Sequence record: SRR22947725_3976
Length of the DNA stretch: 35,822 nucleotides
Direction: 5' to 3' (one strand)
The notes beneath the pieces are model-generated. The model was not told the DNA's origin, ran no database searches, and worked only from the letters and a program-made list of their open reading frames with translations. The translations under genes were made by a program, and so were the position numbers. Positions 24,516-33,910 of the stretch are shown in pieces (within the stretch, counting starts at the first letter, position 1; the number at the start of each line of letters is the position of its first letter).

Positions 24516-27098
24516 TTAGTTAAAATTTACTATTACTCTATCTTTATCACCTTGTAGTTCAGGTGTTTGTGAGCCTGATGATTGTTGAACAACATTTTGT
24601 TTTACGTATATGTGGAGTTCTCTTGCAGTAATCTTATTGTCAGCATTTGTATCTGCATCACCTTCCATGCCCTTCATAAGGAAGTATGAGAACATACCAT
24701 GTTTTGCTTCTTCTAGTGGCCTTGATATCTGCTCATTTGATGCTGCACTAAAGAGTGTAAATCCATCTGGTATAGCTTGTTCTTTTGCTATAATTCCAAC
24801 AGGTCTTCCAGTCACCAGAACCTCTTCACTACGTGTTTCACCGGAGTAGCAAGTGTCTAGGAAGACTGTTACGGATTTAGGATTAGCTTCCTTAATATCA
24901 GAGAAGAGTTCGTCACGTAAAATGGCAGTCTTCTCAAGCAGTCTAGGTGAGCCGTCGTGAGGAAGAAGGTACATATTTTTACCATCTTGAGATGCTAGAC
25001 CATGTCCTGCAAAAAATACGTATATATCAGACTTGTTAGGTTTAGCTGAACGTCTTAGCCATTCTTGTACAGATAATAATATATCTCTTTCATCTGCTCC
25101 ATCATTCAGGAGTATCTTTATTTTATTTTTAGATATGCCTAATTTCTCAGTGGCATAATCTTTAAATACCATTGCATCATTATCTGCGTACAAAGCTTTG
25201 GCTTTTGTATTTTCATAATTAGAAACACCCACTATTAAAGCTAGAGCATCTTCATTTTTCTTAACTCTTTTATTTAGTGGGTTTAAGCTTTTAAATGATA
25301 TGGAGCTATCACTAACCATTCTATTAGCTTTTAACTTTATAATCTTTGAAGTAGTTAAACCTGCAATGTCAGTCACTTCTACTTTTAGTTCTTTACCCTT
25401 TGGTGGAACGTAGGTAGAGAAATTAAAGTTCCCATTTAAGGATAATAACACTGGTTTTCCATCTACAGTAACTTCTGCTACTTCTACATTATCTTTTGCA
25501 ATACCTCTAATCATTCCTCTTTTACCAACCGTATTGTTAGCTACAATCTCAAGTATAGGAGCTCTTATATCAGCATTAATTATTTTTTCTTCGTTTTTCT
25601 GCTTATCTAATAATAAAGCTAATTTACGTTCTAGTTCAATACGTTTTTGTCTTTCTTTTTCTAGTTCTTGTCTTGAAGCATATATATCGTCAGAGGAAAT
25701 GTTTGACATCATATTAGCTATCTTTTTTTGAGTTTTATTAATTTTCTTTGCGTAAAGAAATTTATTATTTTTCCATAAACCCTCTTCTACTTTACCACTT
25801 TTATAAACATATTTTCCTTCACCTTCACGTATACCATTCTTCAAGATACCTTGATAGGTATCACCATTAAAATAAATATAAACTCCAAAACCATTAGGTT
25901 CACCGTTTAAATATTCACCAGAAAATTTCTGTCCGTTTGGCCACCCAGCTTTTCCGTATCCATGTCTTTTATTCTTAAAATATTGTCCAACATAAGTATA
26001 ACCTTTGAATTTATCGTCGCCTATATAAGTGTATTTCCCTTTTCCATGCATCATGTTTTTTTTAAATTCACCAGTATATTTATATTTTTTTGTAATGATT
26101 TCACCAAAACACATATCTTTATAACCTGATCCACACTTGGGTAGTTCGTTAAATTTTCTATTTTTATTTAGTGAAGTCGATAAAGAAGAGTTTTTAGAAA
26201 TATTCTTAGGTTTATTTGTTGTGGTAGCATACTTATAAACACCATCAGACCAGACACCTTCTTTTATATTTCCGTTTTTATATAAAAATTTTCCTTTACC
26301 ATGTAAACGTCCATTTTTAAATTTACCAATATATTTATCTCCAGAGATCCATACATATTTGCCTAAACCAGTTCTTTTATCCTTAAAGAAATCACCTTCA
26401 TATATGTCCCCATTTGCCCAAGTTAATTTTCCTGTTCCATGCATTTTACTATTCTTATAAGTCCCCTGGTAATTATCTCCATTTTTCCAAGTATATGTTC
26501 CTTTTCCCTCTCTATGACCATGGACAAAGTTACCAACATATTTATCACCAGACGTCCAGGTCATAATTCCTTTACCATGTCTTTTTCTATTTTTGAATTC
26601 ACCAATATAAGTAAATTGTTTAAATTTTTGAGTGCCGTAACAACCATACTTACCCCCCATATTAGGGCATTTGGGTAACTTGCTAATAAAACTAGCTTTG
26701 TCTTTAATTTTTCTATTTAGAGTTAAATTTCTGGTATAATAATTCTCTAATGACTTAGTACTCTCCTTCATAAAACTATCTTGTGTTATATTATCATTCG
26801 GTTTAAAATTTGAATGCTTGTATTCTTTATAGTTATAACCACAACTTAAATTACGTTTTTTACTTTCTATTAAATGAGCTTTTGAAGAATTTACACACTT
26901 GCAGAGCTCTTTATCTGAGTAATCTGCTGGATGATTTGTACAGCCAAATATTAAAACTTCTTTTCTTGTTTTTTCACCTACAATCAAGTCGTGTAAGGCC
27001 ACAAGTCCGGGGTTTTTATACATCATTCGTTGTTTTATATTTTTATTTACACATCCTGAGATGCTAATAATTATTATGAGAATAAATAATTTTATCAT
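24516..27098 (-). CDS. Lipoprotein with MORN repeats, coiled coil, Ig-like domain and caspase-family (peptidase C14) domain
   Basis: Lipobox ISGC; two blocks of Y.G.F.NG..HG.G repeats; ELEKERQKRIELE coil; GIAKDNVEVAEVTVDG; ALIVGVSNY, FFAGHG (His) and FLDTCYSG (Cys), HGMFSYFL and QTPE. Confidence 0.9.
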   Translation of the reverse strand: MIKLFILIIIISISGCVNKNIKQRMMYKNPGLVALHDLIVGEKTRKEVLIFGCTNHPADYSDKELCKCVNSSKAHLIESKKRNLSCGYNYKEYKHSNFKPNDNITQDSFMKESTKSLENYYTRNLTLNRKIKDKASFISKLPKCPNMGGKYGCYGTQKFKQFTYIGEFKNRKRHGKGIMTWTSGDKYVGNFVHGHREGKGTYTWKNGDNYQGTYKNSKMHGTGKLTWANGDIYEGDFFKDKRTGLGKYVWISGDKYIGKFKNGRLHGKGKFLYKNGNIKEGVWSDGVYKYATTTNKPKNISKNSSLSTSLNKNRKFNELPKCGSGYKDMCFGEIITKKYKYTGEFKKNMMHGKGKYTYIGDDKFKGYTYVGQYFKNKRHGYGKAGWPNGQKFSGEYLNGEPNGFGVYIYFNGDTYQGILKNGIREGEGKYVYKSGKVEEGLWKNNKFLYAKKINKTQKKIANMMSNISSDDIYASRQELEKERQKRIELERKLALLLDKQKNEEKIINADIRAPILEIVANNTVGKRGMIRGIAKDNVEVAEVTVDGKPVLLSLNGNFNFSTYVPPKGKELKVEVTDIAGLTTSKIIKLKANRMVSDSSISFKSLNPLNKRVKKNEDALALIVGVSNYENTKAKALYADNDAMVFKDYATEKLGISKNKIKILLNDGADERDILLSVQEWLRRSAKPNKSDIYVFFAGHGLASQDGKNMYLLPHDGSPRLLEKTAILRDELFSDIKEANPKSVTVFLDTCYSGETRSEEVLVTGRPVGIIAKEQAIPDGFTLFSAASNEQISRPLEEAKHGMFSYFLMKGMEGDADTNADNKITARELHIYVKQNVVQQSSGSQTPELQGDKDRVIVNFN

Positions 27099-27257
27099 TA
27101 ATATACTTCAATAAACTTAAACAATTAAATATTACAAATTATTTAAAATGAATCTATAGTTTAAAAAAAAATATTATAATCTAATTTAAAATAGGATTTT
27201 GAAATAATCAAAAAAAAAACTAATGATTCATATTTGATACATTTAGTATTACAGATT

Positions 27258-28145
27258 TTAATTTAATATTTTTTTTATCAATCTTCCATCTAAAATTAGT
27301 AGACCTAATATAATAACTATTAAACCTATAAATTCATTAACATTAATCAATTCGCCGATTATAATTGCATTCAGCAATATGGCTGATGGAGGAATAATAA
27401 TCGTACATATTAACAAATTACCAGCACCAGTAGACTCAAGAATTTTAAAATATATAAAATAGGCTAACACTGAACATATCACTGCAAACAGTAAAGAGTA
27501 GCTGATCGAAATAAGATTAAGTGACAAAATCTCATTACCATAAAAAAGAAGAATAAATGGTGATAAAATAACAGTACTCATAGTTAACATACCAGTTGCG
27601 GCAACTTCAGGTTTAACACTTTGCAATCTAACTTTTGCAAAAATTGCTGCAAATGCATAAGATAAACCAGAAAGCAAAATTAAAATCTTTCCTATCTCAT
27701 TATTAAAAAAATCTGACATATTATTATAACCAATTACTATAATAACTCCTATAATACCTATGAAAACACCTATTATTCTAGATTTTGTCAATGGCTCATT
27801 CTTTAATATTAATGAAGCTAATAGGATTGTTAAAAAAGATGTATTTGCATTCAGAATGGAGGCAAGTCCTCCAGAAACAGTTTGTTGTCCATACGTTATT
27901 AAAAGAAATGGAAATACATTATTTAACATTCCCATAATAAAAAAGTTAAAAATTAATAAAAAAGATAACTCTAATTTTATTCTACTCAAAACAATATATA
28001 AGATTAATATTATTGAAGCCAAACTTACTCTTAAGTATACAATCATAAATGGGCTTATATAATTCAATAAGATTTCTACAAATAAGAAGCTTGAACCCCA
28101 TATAAAACCTAGCAATAAGACTAAAATCCAATTTTTACTGTTCAT
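27258..28145 (-). CDS. DMT/EamA family transporter
   Basis: LGFIWGSSF, NNVFPFLL, SGGLASILNA and LAYFIYFKIL..GA; about 10 TM segments. Confidence 0.92.
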   Translation of the reverse strand: MNSKNWILVLLLGFIWGSSFLFVEILLNYISPFMIVYLRVSLASIILILYIVLSRIKLELSFLLIFNFFIMGMLNNVFPFLLITYGQQTVSGGLASILNANTSFLTILLASLILKNEPLTKSRIIGVFIGIIGVIIVIGYNNMSDFFNNEIGKILILLSGLSYAFAAIFAKVRLQSVKPEVAATGMLTMSTVILSPFILLFYGNEILSLNLISISYSLLFAVICSVLAYFIYFKILESTGAGNLLICTIIIPPSAILLNAIIIGELINVNEFIGLIVIILGLLILDGRLIKKILN

Positions 28146-28171
28146 TATATGCTTTTAAAATTAAAATAAGG

Positions 28172-28726
28172 TTATATATATGATTTTTTTAACATATTTA
28201 GTATAAATGGTCTTAATTTTTTTATTGTAATTAAGGGATAAATACTTGTTACGTGATCTAAGTTTTTTAAAGCTTCATCATATTTTTTTAAAGCTATGTT
28301 AATTTGTGTTAAGCCAGATATTGCCCCAAAATGTCTTGGTTCCAGTGACAAAGTTTGTTTGATATAATATGCAGAACTTAAATAATCACCCATAATAAAT
28401 TTTATTGTAGCAATTTTATTAATCGGCTCCGCCCAATGAGGTTGTTTTTTTGACAAATTAACAAACAAATCAAGAGCTTTGTATAATTCACCATTTTCTA
28501 ACAAGATTACCCCTCTTTTCATTTGAAGGTTACTCAATTCATCATTGCCAATGATTGACCATTTCTTCCATATTTTATTCTCAATTGATTTAGCAGAAAT
28601 TAAATTGGGTGCAGTTTTTAATTCTAAAAAAAGTTGATCTAAGTTTGAGGAAAAAGCATTAGAAATTAGATAAAAATAAGCTACTAAGAAAAAGTGAACA
28701 TACTTTTTAAAAAAATTAAATATCAT
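28172..28726 (-). CDS. TPR-repeat protein, exported
   Basis: LDQLFLELK..IENKIWKKW, PHWAEPINKIAT and LEPRHFGAISGL motifs. Confidence 0.85.
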   Translation of the reverse strand: MIFNFFKKYVHFFLVAYFYLISNAFSSNLDQLFLELKTAPNLISAKSIENKIWKKWSIIGNDELSNLQMKRGVILLENGELYKALDLFVNLSKKQPHWAEPINKIATIKFIMGDYLSSAYYIKQTLSLEPRHFGAISGLTQINIALKKYDEALKNLDHVTSIYPLITIKKLRPFILNMLKKSYI

Positions 28727-28792
28727 TACAACTTATCTATAAGTTTTAACATTTAAAACAATATACAGTGTTTAGATGTATGTGTTAAATTA

Positions 28793-29122
28793 TTAATAAA
28801 CTGTTTCATATAAAACAACACCCCTGTTAGAAAAAACTTTCCATGTTATACCTGTTCTTTTTTTGAACTCAGCTTCAGCCTCTTTAAATAGTTTTTGACA
28901 TGCTATGAAAGCTTTATCATCTTTGTATTCCCATAAATGACCTAATCTTAATGTACCTTCTTTATTCCATATTTGAGTAACTGTTTGCCTGACTGCACCA
29001 GCCTTTTTAAATTTGTCAAATCGTTCATTCATAATTTTTTCCCATTCAATTTCACCAATTTTCATATCACTTTGGCTTTGAAAGTCTGACGTTATATAAC
29101 TTATTAATTTTGATTCCATCAT
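28793..29122 (-). CDS. Conserved-looking hypothetical protein (possible dimeric alpha/beta barrel)
   Basis: 109 aa; QIWNKEG..RLGHLWEYKDDKAFIACQ; strand-helix pattern. The fold call is an inference. Confidence 0.65.
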   Translation of the reverse strand: MMESKLISYITSDFQSQSDMKIGEIEWEKIMNERFDKFKKAGAVRQTVTQIWNKEGTLRLGHLWEYKDDKAFIACQKLFKEAEAEFKKRTGITWKVFSNRGVVLYETVY

Positions 29123-29167
29123 TAAAAGTCACCCTTAATTAAAATATTTTTTTTACAAATTAACGAA

Positions 29168-29443
29168 TTACTTGAATTCTATTTCGACAAATGAAAAAGG
29201 GAAATCATTATGATTAATGACATTATGATTAACACCTTTATTTCTATAGTAGCTTTTACCCTTAATTAAATCTGATATAAGGACTGTTCCATCTTGATCT
29301 ACAATTTTTAATTGACCGTCTTCCATGGGAACCACAACATAATCATACTCATGAATATGTTGCCCAGTATCTTCACCTACCTCAAAGCTCCAGCGAGTAA
29401 CCCTTGTTCTTTTATTATCAATCATAATGTCAGATGTAGCCAT
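29168..29443 (-). CDS. Cupin domain protein
   Basis: AGGA RBS; RVTRW, TGQHIHEYDYVVVP, GVNHNVIN and FVEIE. Confidence 0.88.
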   Translation of the reverse strand: MATSDIMIDNKRTRVTRWSFEVGEDTGQHIHEYDYVVVPMEDGQLKIVDQDGTVLISDLIKGKSYYRNKGVNHNVINHNDFPFSFVEIEFK

Positions 29444-29515
29444 TTTTATTTCCTGCTAAAGTTAAGTTTTAAAAACTTTGTTTTATACTTTAAACTTTAC
29501 CTAATTATAACTCTA

Positions 29516-29902
29516 TTAAAACCAAAAATTTTTACTTATACAATCAAATGTATCAGGCACTTTAAATTTTTTATCTTTAGTCTCACTTAAAATAAATGGT
29601 TTTAAAATTTTAGTAACCATATCTAGATGCCAGGCAAAATTTAAATCTTTATCTACAGTATTATCTTCAAATAAGATAAATGAAGATATCTTTTGACCCA
29701 CTACATCTCCAATTTGAATAAACTCACCTTTTAATCTTTTATAAGCTTTGGCATATGTAAAGTTTTCATCATGTTTGAAAAAAAACTCTATGTTTCCTTT
29801 TTTTTTTGAATTATGACATGAGATCCCAGAATATGGTTCAAAAGCTTTGCTCTCAAAGCTTATCAAACTTAATAATACGATTAAACACACCCGAATATTC
29901 AT
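29516..29902 (-). CDS. Secreted hypothetical protein, paralogue of 6113..6493
   Basis: GAGGG RBS; signal peptide ending SKA; FIQIGDVVGQKISSFILFED...FAWHLD...LKPFILSE. Confidence 0.75.
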   Translation of the reverse strand: MNIRVCLIVLLSLISFESKAFEPYSGISCHNSKKKGNIEFFFKHDENFTYAKAYKRLKGEFIQIGDVVGQKISSFILFEDNTVDKDLNFAWHLDMVTKILKPFILSETKDKKFKVPDTFDCISKNFWF

Positions 29903-29968
29903 TTGATGCCCTCTCTATTTAAAAAAAAATCATCAATTTAATAAAAATAAACTTAAAAGGGTTAATTT

Positions 29969-30175
29969 CTAATGATGAGTTTTCTTTTCTTTAAGAATAT
30001 TTTCCATCACTAATTTTAGAGATTCGAACAAATCAATAGCAATTTTTTTTTCTTCTTCTGTTAAAGACAAAAATTGTTTATCAAGTTGTTTCTTGTCAGT
30101 ACCCTTTGATTGTAATTTTAACCATACTGGGTTTTTCTGAATTTCTTCAAGTGACTTATACTTCATTTTTAACAA
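29969..30175 (-). CDS. Small hypothetical protein
   Basis: 68-aa helical ORF with AGGA upstream; the start may be the ATG at 30166. Confidence 0.6.
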   Translation of the reverse strand: MLKMKYKSLEEIQKNPVWLKLQSKGTDKKQLDKQFLSLTEEEKKIAIDLFESLKLVMENILKEKKTHH

Positions 30176-30183
30176 TATCCTAA

Positions 30184-30285
30184 TTAACTAAAAGTCACAT
30201 ATAAAGAAAAAATAATAAATAAAATTAGAGAAATACATAAATATACACTTACCCAAATCCACCAATTTTTTTTATCATTTTCCAT
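30184..30285 (-). CDS. Single-TM micro-protein (33 aa), absent from the ORF track
   Basis: MENDKKNWWIWVSVYLCISLILFIIFSLYVTFS*; AAGGG upstream; fills the gap between co-directional genes. Confidence 0.55.
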   Translation of the reverse strand: MENDKKNWWIWVSVYLCISLILFIIFSLYVTFS

Positions 30286-30307
30286 TATAATATACCCTTT
30301 TAATTAC

Positions 30308-30841
30308 TTACAACTTTATCCATTGAGGAATAACATTAATTTTTTTAAAAAACATTTCTAAATTTTCAATTGTTATTTCCAAAGTCCTATCGTTTACCAA
30401 TGGATGCGCATATATTTTCTTATAGTTTTTTAAAGATAAATCCATAAATAAAACTACATTTTTATGTACACCATTAATCATGGAGAAAGGAGTTACTGCA
30501 CCTGAAAAAACTCCTAAATATTCCATCAATCTATTTGATGAACCAAATGACAATCGCCCTACACCTATTTCAAACTGTAAACTCTTGAGATCAATCAAGG
30601 TATCTTGATGAGCAACAATTAATATATTATTTTTTTTATGATCCCTTAAAAAAAGATTTTTAATATGTCCACCACCCTGTTCAGCATTTAAAAAAGCATC
30701 TTGTACACTCTTTGATTCATTAACAGTTTTTAATGGGACATGCTCAAAGTACTTATATTGTATACTCCAATTATCTAGCTTTTTTATAAACGCATCAGAT
30801 GAGATTGGTAAAAGATGTTGAAAATCAACAGATGCATCAGG
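30308..30841 (-). CDS. YbaK/ProX-family aminoacyl-tRNA editing protein; start codon missing (possible pseudogene)
   Basis: The frame extends 81 codons upstream of the track's TTG: PDASVDFQHLLPISSD...FEHVPLKTV.ES...HIKNLFLRD...IDLK...RLSFGS...LGVFSGAVTPF...AHPLVNDRT. It is bounded by an in-frame TAA at 30842-30844. Confidence 0.8.
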   Translation of the reverse strand, partial: PDASVDFQHLLPISSDAFIKKLDNWSIQYKYFEHVPLKTVNESKSVQDAFLNAEQGGGHIKNLFLRDHKKNNILIVAHQDTLIDLKSLQFEIGVGRLSFGSSNRLMEYLGVFSGAVTPFSMINGVHKNVVLFMDLSLKNYKKIYAHPLVNDRTLEITIENLEMFFKKINVIPQWIKL

Positions 30842-31163
30842 TTATTTATTTTTTATAAAGGATTTTTCCTGAATATTTTTTGATCTCGGCTCCAGTATAA
30901 TTTCTCCAAAAAAGATTATTTCTTACTTTTATGATAAGAATAAATATTTCATTTTTAAATTTCTTACTAAAATAAAAGATGACAAGATTAATTTAAGAAA
31001 ATCAAGAAATAAAATTATACTTAATCATACTTTTTTTGAGACTTTTTGTTAAAATTTGTTACACTTTTTTACGTCTGAACTATTGTTTATTAAATACTAC
31101 CTATAGATTTAATAGTATGAATTAAGATATATTTAATGTAATTATTTTTTAATTGGAGTTTCA

Positions 31164-31337
31164 ATGGATTTTAAATATGCACAATGTTGGTTGTTAGGAG
31201 TTATTTGTTTTGTATATTGCATATATAGAATTATTGGAGGAAAAGACGCACCTTTTAATTGGATAGACGTTGTTGCAATAATAGGTTTTATTTACTCTGT
31301 ATATGTAACGCAAATAAGCCGATCAAAAGAAAAATAA
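31164..31337 (+). CDS. Small two-TM membrane protein (57 aa), absent from the ORF track
   Basis: GGAG RBS at 31155-31158; MDFKYAQCWLLGVICFVYCIYRIIGGKDAPFNWIDVVAIIGFIYSVYVTQISRSKEK*. Confidence 0.65.
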   Translation: MDFKYAQCWLLGVICFVYCIYRIIGGKDAPFNWIDVVAIIGFIYSVYVTQISRSKEK

Positions 31338-31380
31338 TTTATTTATTACGAACCTATTATCAAAGTTAATTAATTGTAAA

Positions 31381-32088
31381 ATGAACATATCAACAGAAAA
31401 AACACCTCAACAAAAGCTAAGCAATTTCACAATACAACATGTTTCGGCTGTCAATGTTACTCATTTACTTATTCATGACTTAAAGGACGTGGCTCAGGCG
31501 TCTGATGAACTTAATCAGCAAGCAGGTTGTAATAAGGCTATTCCTCACGTTGCTGCACGAAATATAAAACATGAACACGAATTAGAAGACTTTATAAAAT
31601 TCTGCACATTAAAAGGGATAGATAAAGCGCTTGTCATTGGCGGATCTATTCCAAGACACCCAAGTAACATTTTTCAAAATGATATTGATGTTGCAACAAT
31701 CTTGAAAAAAGCAAGTATAAAAGTAGATTGTGGAATATATCCACAAAATGAAACAGAACTTGAAATCAAAACCAAACTTGAAATTTTTAATAATGCAATT
31801 ACCCAACTTTGCATGGATCCTGAGTCAATTAATAACTTACCGTTGTTAAACAGCATTCGTATTGGCTTGCCTTCTATGTGTAGCATCAAAGGAATATTTA
31901 AATATCTAAAATTATGTGGAAACGAAAGTTATAAGTATATTTTTAAAAACTGGAAAGTATTAAATTATCTAGGAAGCAACGGTATTAGGGTAGAAGAGTT
32001 TGTTAAGAAACTAAAGTTCAATAACTATCATATTTATAATTTTGGAAAATTAGATAAAACTATCAGTAAGTTGAAAGAAATTGACTAA
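31381..32088 (+). CDS. Short methylenetetrahydrofolate reductase (MetF)-like FAD-linked oxidoreductase
   Basis: IPHVAARNI...ELEDF...GIDKALVIGG, GIYPQ, AITQL and HIYNFG correspond to MTHFR-family barrel motifs. Confidence 0.65.
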   Translation: MNISTEKTPQQKLSNFTIQHVSAVNVTHLLIHDLKDVAQASDELNQQAGCNKAIPHVAARNIKHEHELEDFIKFCTLKGIDKALVIGGSIPRHPSNIFQNDIDVATILKKASIKVDCGIYPQNETELEIKTKLEIFNNAITQLCMDPESINNLPLLNSIRIGLPSMCSIKGIFKYLKLCGNESYKYIFKNWKVLNYLGSNGIRVEEFVKKLKFNNYHIYNFGKLDKTISKLKEID

Positions 32089-32140
32089 CAACATGAAAAA
32101 TTATGTCTAATACTTATTGTTAAAAGATATCCATAAACCT

Positions 32141-32159
32141 GGCTAACTTTGAGTTAGTT
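32141..32159. terminator. Possible weak hairpin between convergent genes
   Basis: GGCTAAC-TTTGA-GTTAGTT stem-loop (two G-U pairs) lies between the stops at 32088 and 32168; no U-tract. Confidence 0.25.
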
Positions 32160-32167
32160 AAAGATGC

Positions 32168-33073
32168 TTAATCTGATTTATGGTTAAATAAGTCTCTACA
32201 AAATAACCCTATATTTTTTATAGCTTTTTCTCCATCTTTTAATATATGTGCACTGCCATGCCAGCCATGAAACATATCCTTATAAACTTCAATTTTTACA
32301 TCTACTTTTGCAACTTTTGCTTTTTTAAAAAAACGACGACTATCATCTAACATCGTTTCAGCAGAACCAACCTGAATTAACAACGGTGGTAGTCCAGTTA
32401 ATTCACCATAAAGTGGAGACGCCAAAGGTAATATATTTGGGGTTTTAGCAAGGTATAAATTTGCCATCCTGTCTAAATATTTTTTGCTAATAACTGGATC
32501 AATATCAGCATTGATTTTCATTGTTTTTCCTGATTGAGTAAGGTCTGTCCAAGGACTTAAAGCAACAGCACCTCTTGGTTGCAAAAATTTTTTTTCTTTC
32601 AATTTCAATAATAATGCTAAACATAACCCGCCACCAGCAGATTGACCGCTGACAATTATATTTTTAGGGTTCACCCCCTCTTTTAAAAGCCAATTATAAA
32701 CTGTATATGTATCATCAATAGCAGCTGGGAAAGGATGTTCTGGTGCTAACCTATATTCGATAGATAAACATCTTACTTTTGCTTCAGCAGATATTCTTGC
32801 TACGGTTGCACGAGTTGCTGCAATTGAACCTCTATAATATCCGCCACCATGAATAAACATAAATATTTTGTCAGATTCAATTTCTCCACATGTAATCCAT
32901 TCTGCATAAATTTTTCCAATGCTTACTCTTTTAAATTTAGTATTTTTTGGCAAAGGAACTTTGTTACCAGCATCCTCTGTTTCTTTACGTAACTGATCAA
33001 TAGTTTTATTTTCTGTATATGGGTTTTTGAGCTTTGCATCAATTATGTTTTTAAGAGTTAAATTATCAGTCAT
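32168..33073 (-). CDS. Alpha/beta hydrolase, hormone-sensitive lipase (family IV) esterase
   Basis: HGGGY oxyanion motif, YRLAPEHPFPAA, GQSAGG nucleophile elbow, LSPWTD, E(TMLDD) and MFHGW. Confidence 0.92.
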   Translation of the reverse strand: MTDNLTLKNIIDAKLKNPYTENKTIDQLRKETEDAGNKVPLPKNTKFKRVSIGKIYAEWITCGEIESDKIFMFIHGGGYYRGSIAATRATVARISAEAKVRCLSIEYRLAPEHPFPAAIDDTYTVYNWLLKEGVNPKNIIVSGQSAGGGLCLALLLKLKEKKFLQPRGAVALSPWTDLTQSGKTMKINADIDPVISKKYLDRMANLYLAKTPNILPLASPLYGELTGLPPLLIQVGSAETMLDDSRRFFKKAKVAKVDVKIEVYKDMFHGWHGSAHILKDGEKAIKNIGLFCRDLFNHKSD

Positions 33074-33450
33074 TTAATATAGATATAAAGTTAAAATATG
33101 ATCTAATATAAATTGTTTTTTTATAGTTTCCATTTTTTTTTAAAAAAATCACTTTTAATATTTAAATTAGTACTAAACAAAAGAGTTTTTGTAATCATCT
33201 TGAAGTGACGCGCTCCGCTCTAGGTAAATTTATTTACATACATAATGTACTATTTGGAACAGCACTTAAGCTATATCAAAAATTTATACATTACTGTAAG
33301 TGAAACCCTAACCATCACGAGTAACATTACTACCTAACGTATATTAATCATAAATTCAGTAGCAAATAGAGTTTTAGGGTAAACGTGTTTTGACTATTCT
33401 TTAATGAATGTGTAAACTAATAAAAAGAGTACTTAATCGTATGGATCTTC

Positions 33451-33843
33451 ATGGGTAATTCAAGATTAATATTAGCAATAAATGGCTTTTTAATGATTAT
33501 CCTAGGCATTAGCTTTTGGACATTTCCAGATTTTTTTAGTTTAGCAATGTTTCCAAATATAGAAAAAAATAACGAGGCTTTTAATGTAGCCATAGCACTT
33601 AGAAAAAACATGGGCGCAGGTTGTGTTTTTATAGGTACATTAATTTTTTGGTGTCAAAGTAGCCCAAAATTTGTTGCTCAAAAACTTCTCTACTGTTCTG
33701 GATTTGGCTTTTTTCTTCTTGTTACCGCTTTACTAGAAGTAAGATTAACAGGACAAGCACAAGTACCCTTACTTATATTGATACTATTTACCCTTATGGC
33801 ATTAATTTCTATTTATGTAGCATCTAGACGATTCCAAAGATAA
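33451..33843 (+). CDS. Hypothetical membrane protein (4 TM segments)
   Basis: 130 aa with four hydrophobic helices. Confidence 0.75.
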   Translation: MGNSRLILAINGFLMIILGISFWTFPDFFSLAMFPNIEKNNEAFNVAIALRKNMGAGCVFIGTLIFWCQSSPKFVAQKLLYCSGFGFFLLVTALLEVRLTGQAQVPLLILILFTLMALISIYVASRRFQR

Positions 33844-33910
33844 TTATATAAACTTTTTAAGTTTCAAAAACATTTATATATTTCGTATATTATATTTATA
33901 AATCAATATT

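Noticed and set aside
25760-26620. Periodic DNA similarity that might suggest a CRISPR or tandem array
   Set aside because: Explained by in-frame MORN protein repeats; there are no identical repeats with unique spacers.
24006-29590. ORFs 24006..24203, 24610..24849, 25534..25731, 26439..26678, 26810..27067, 27760..28062 and 29312..29590
   Set aside because: They overlap better-supported minus-strand genes.
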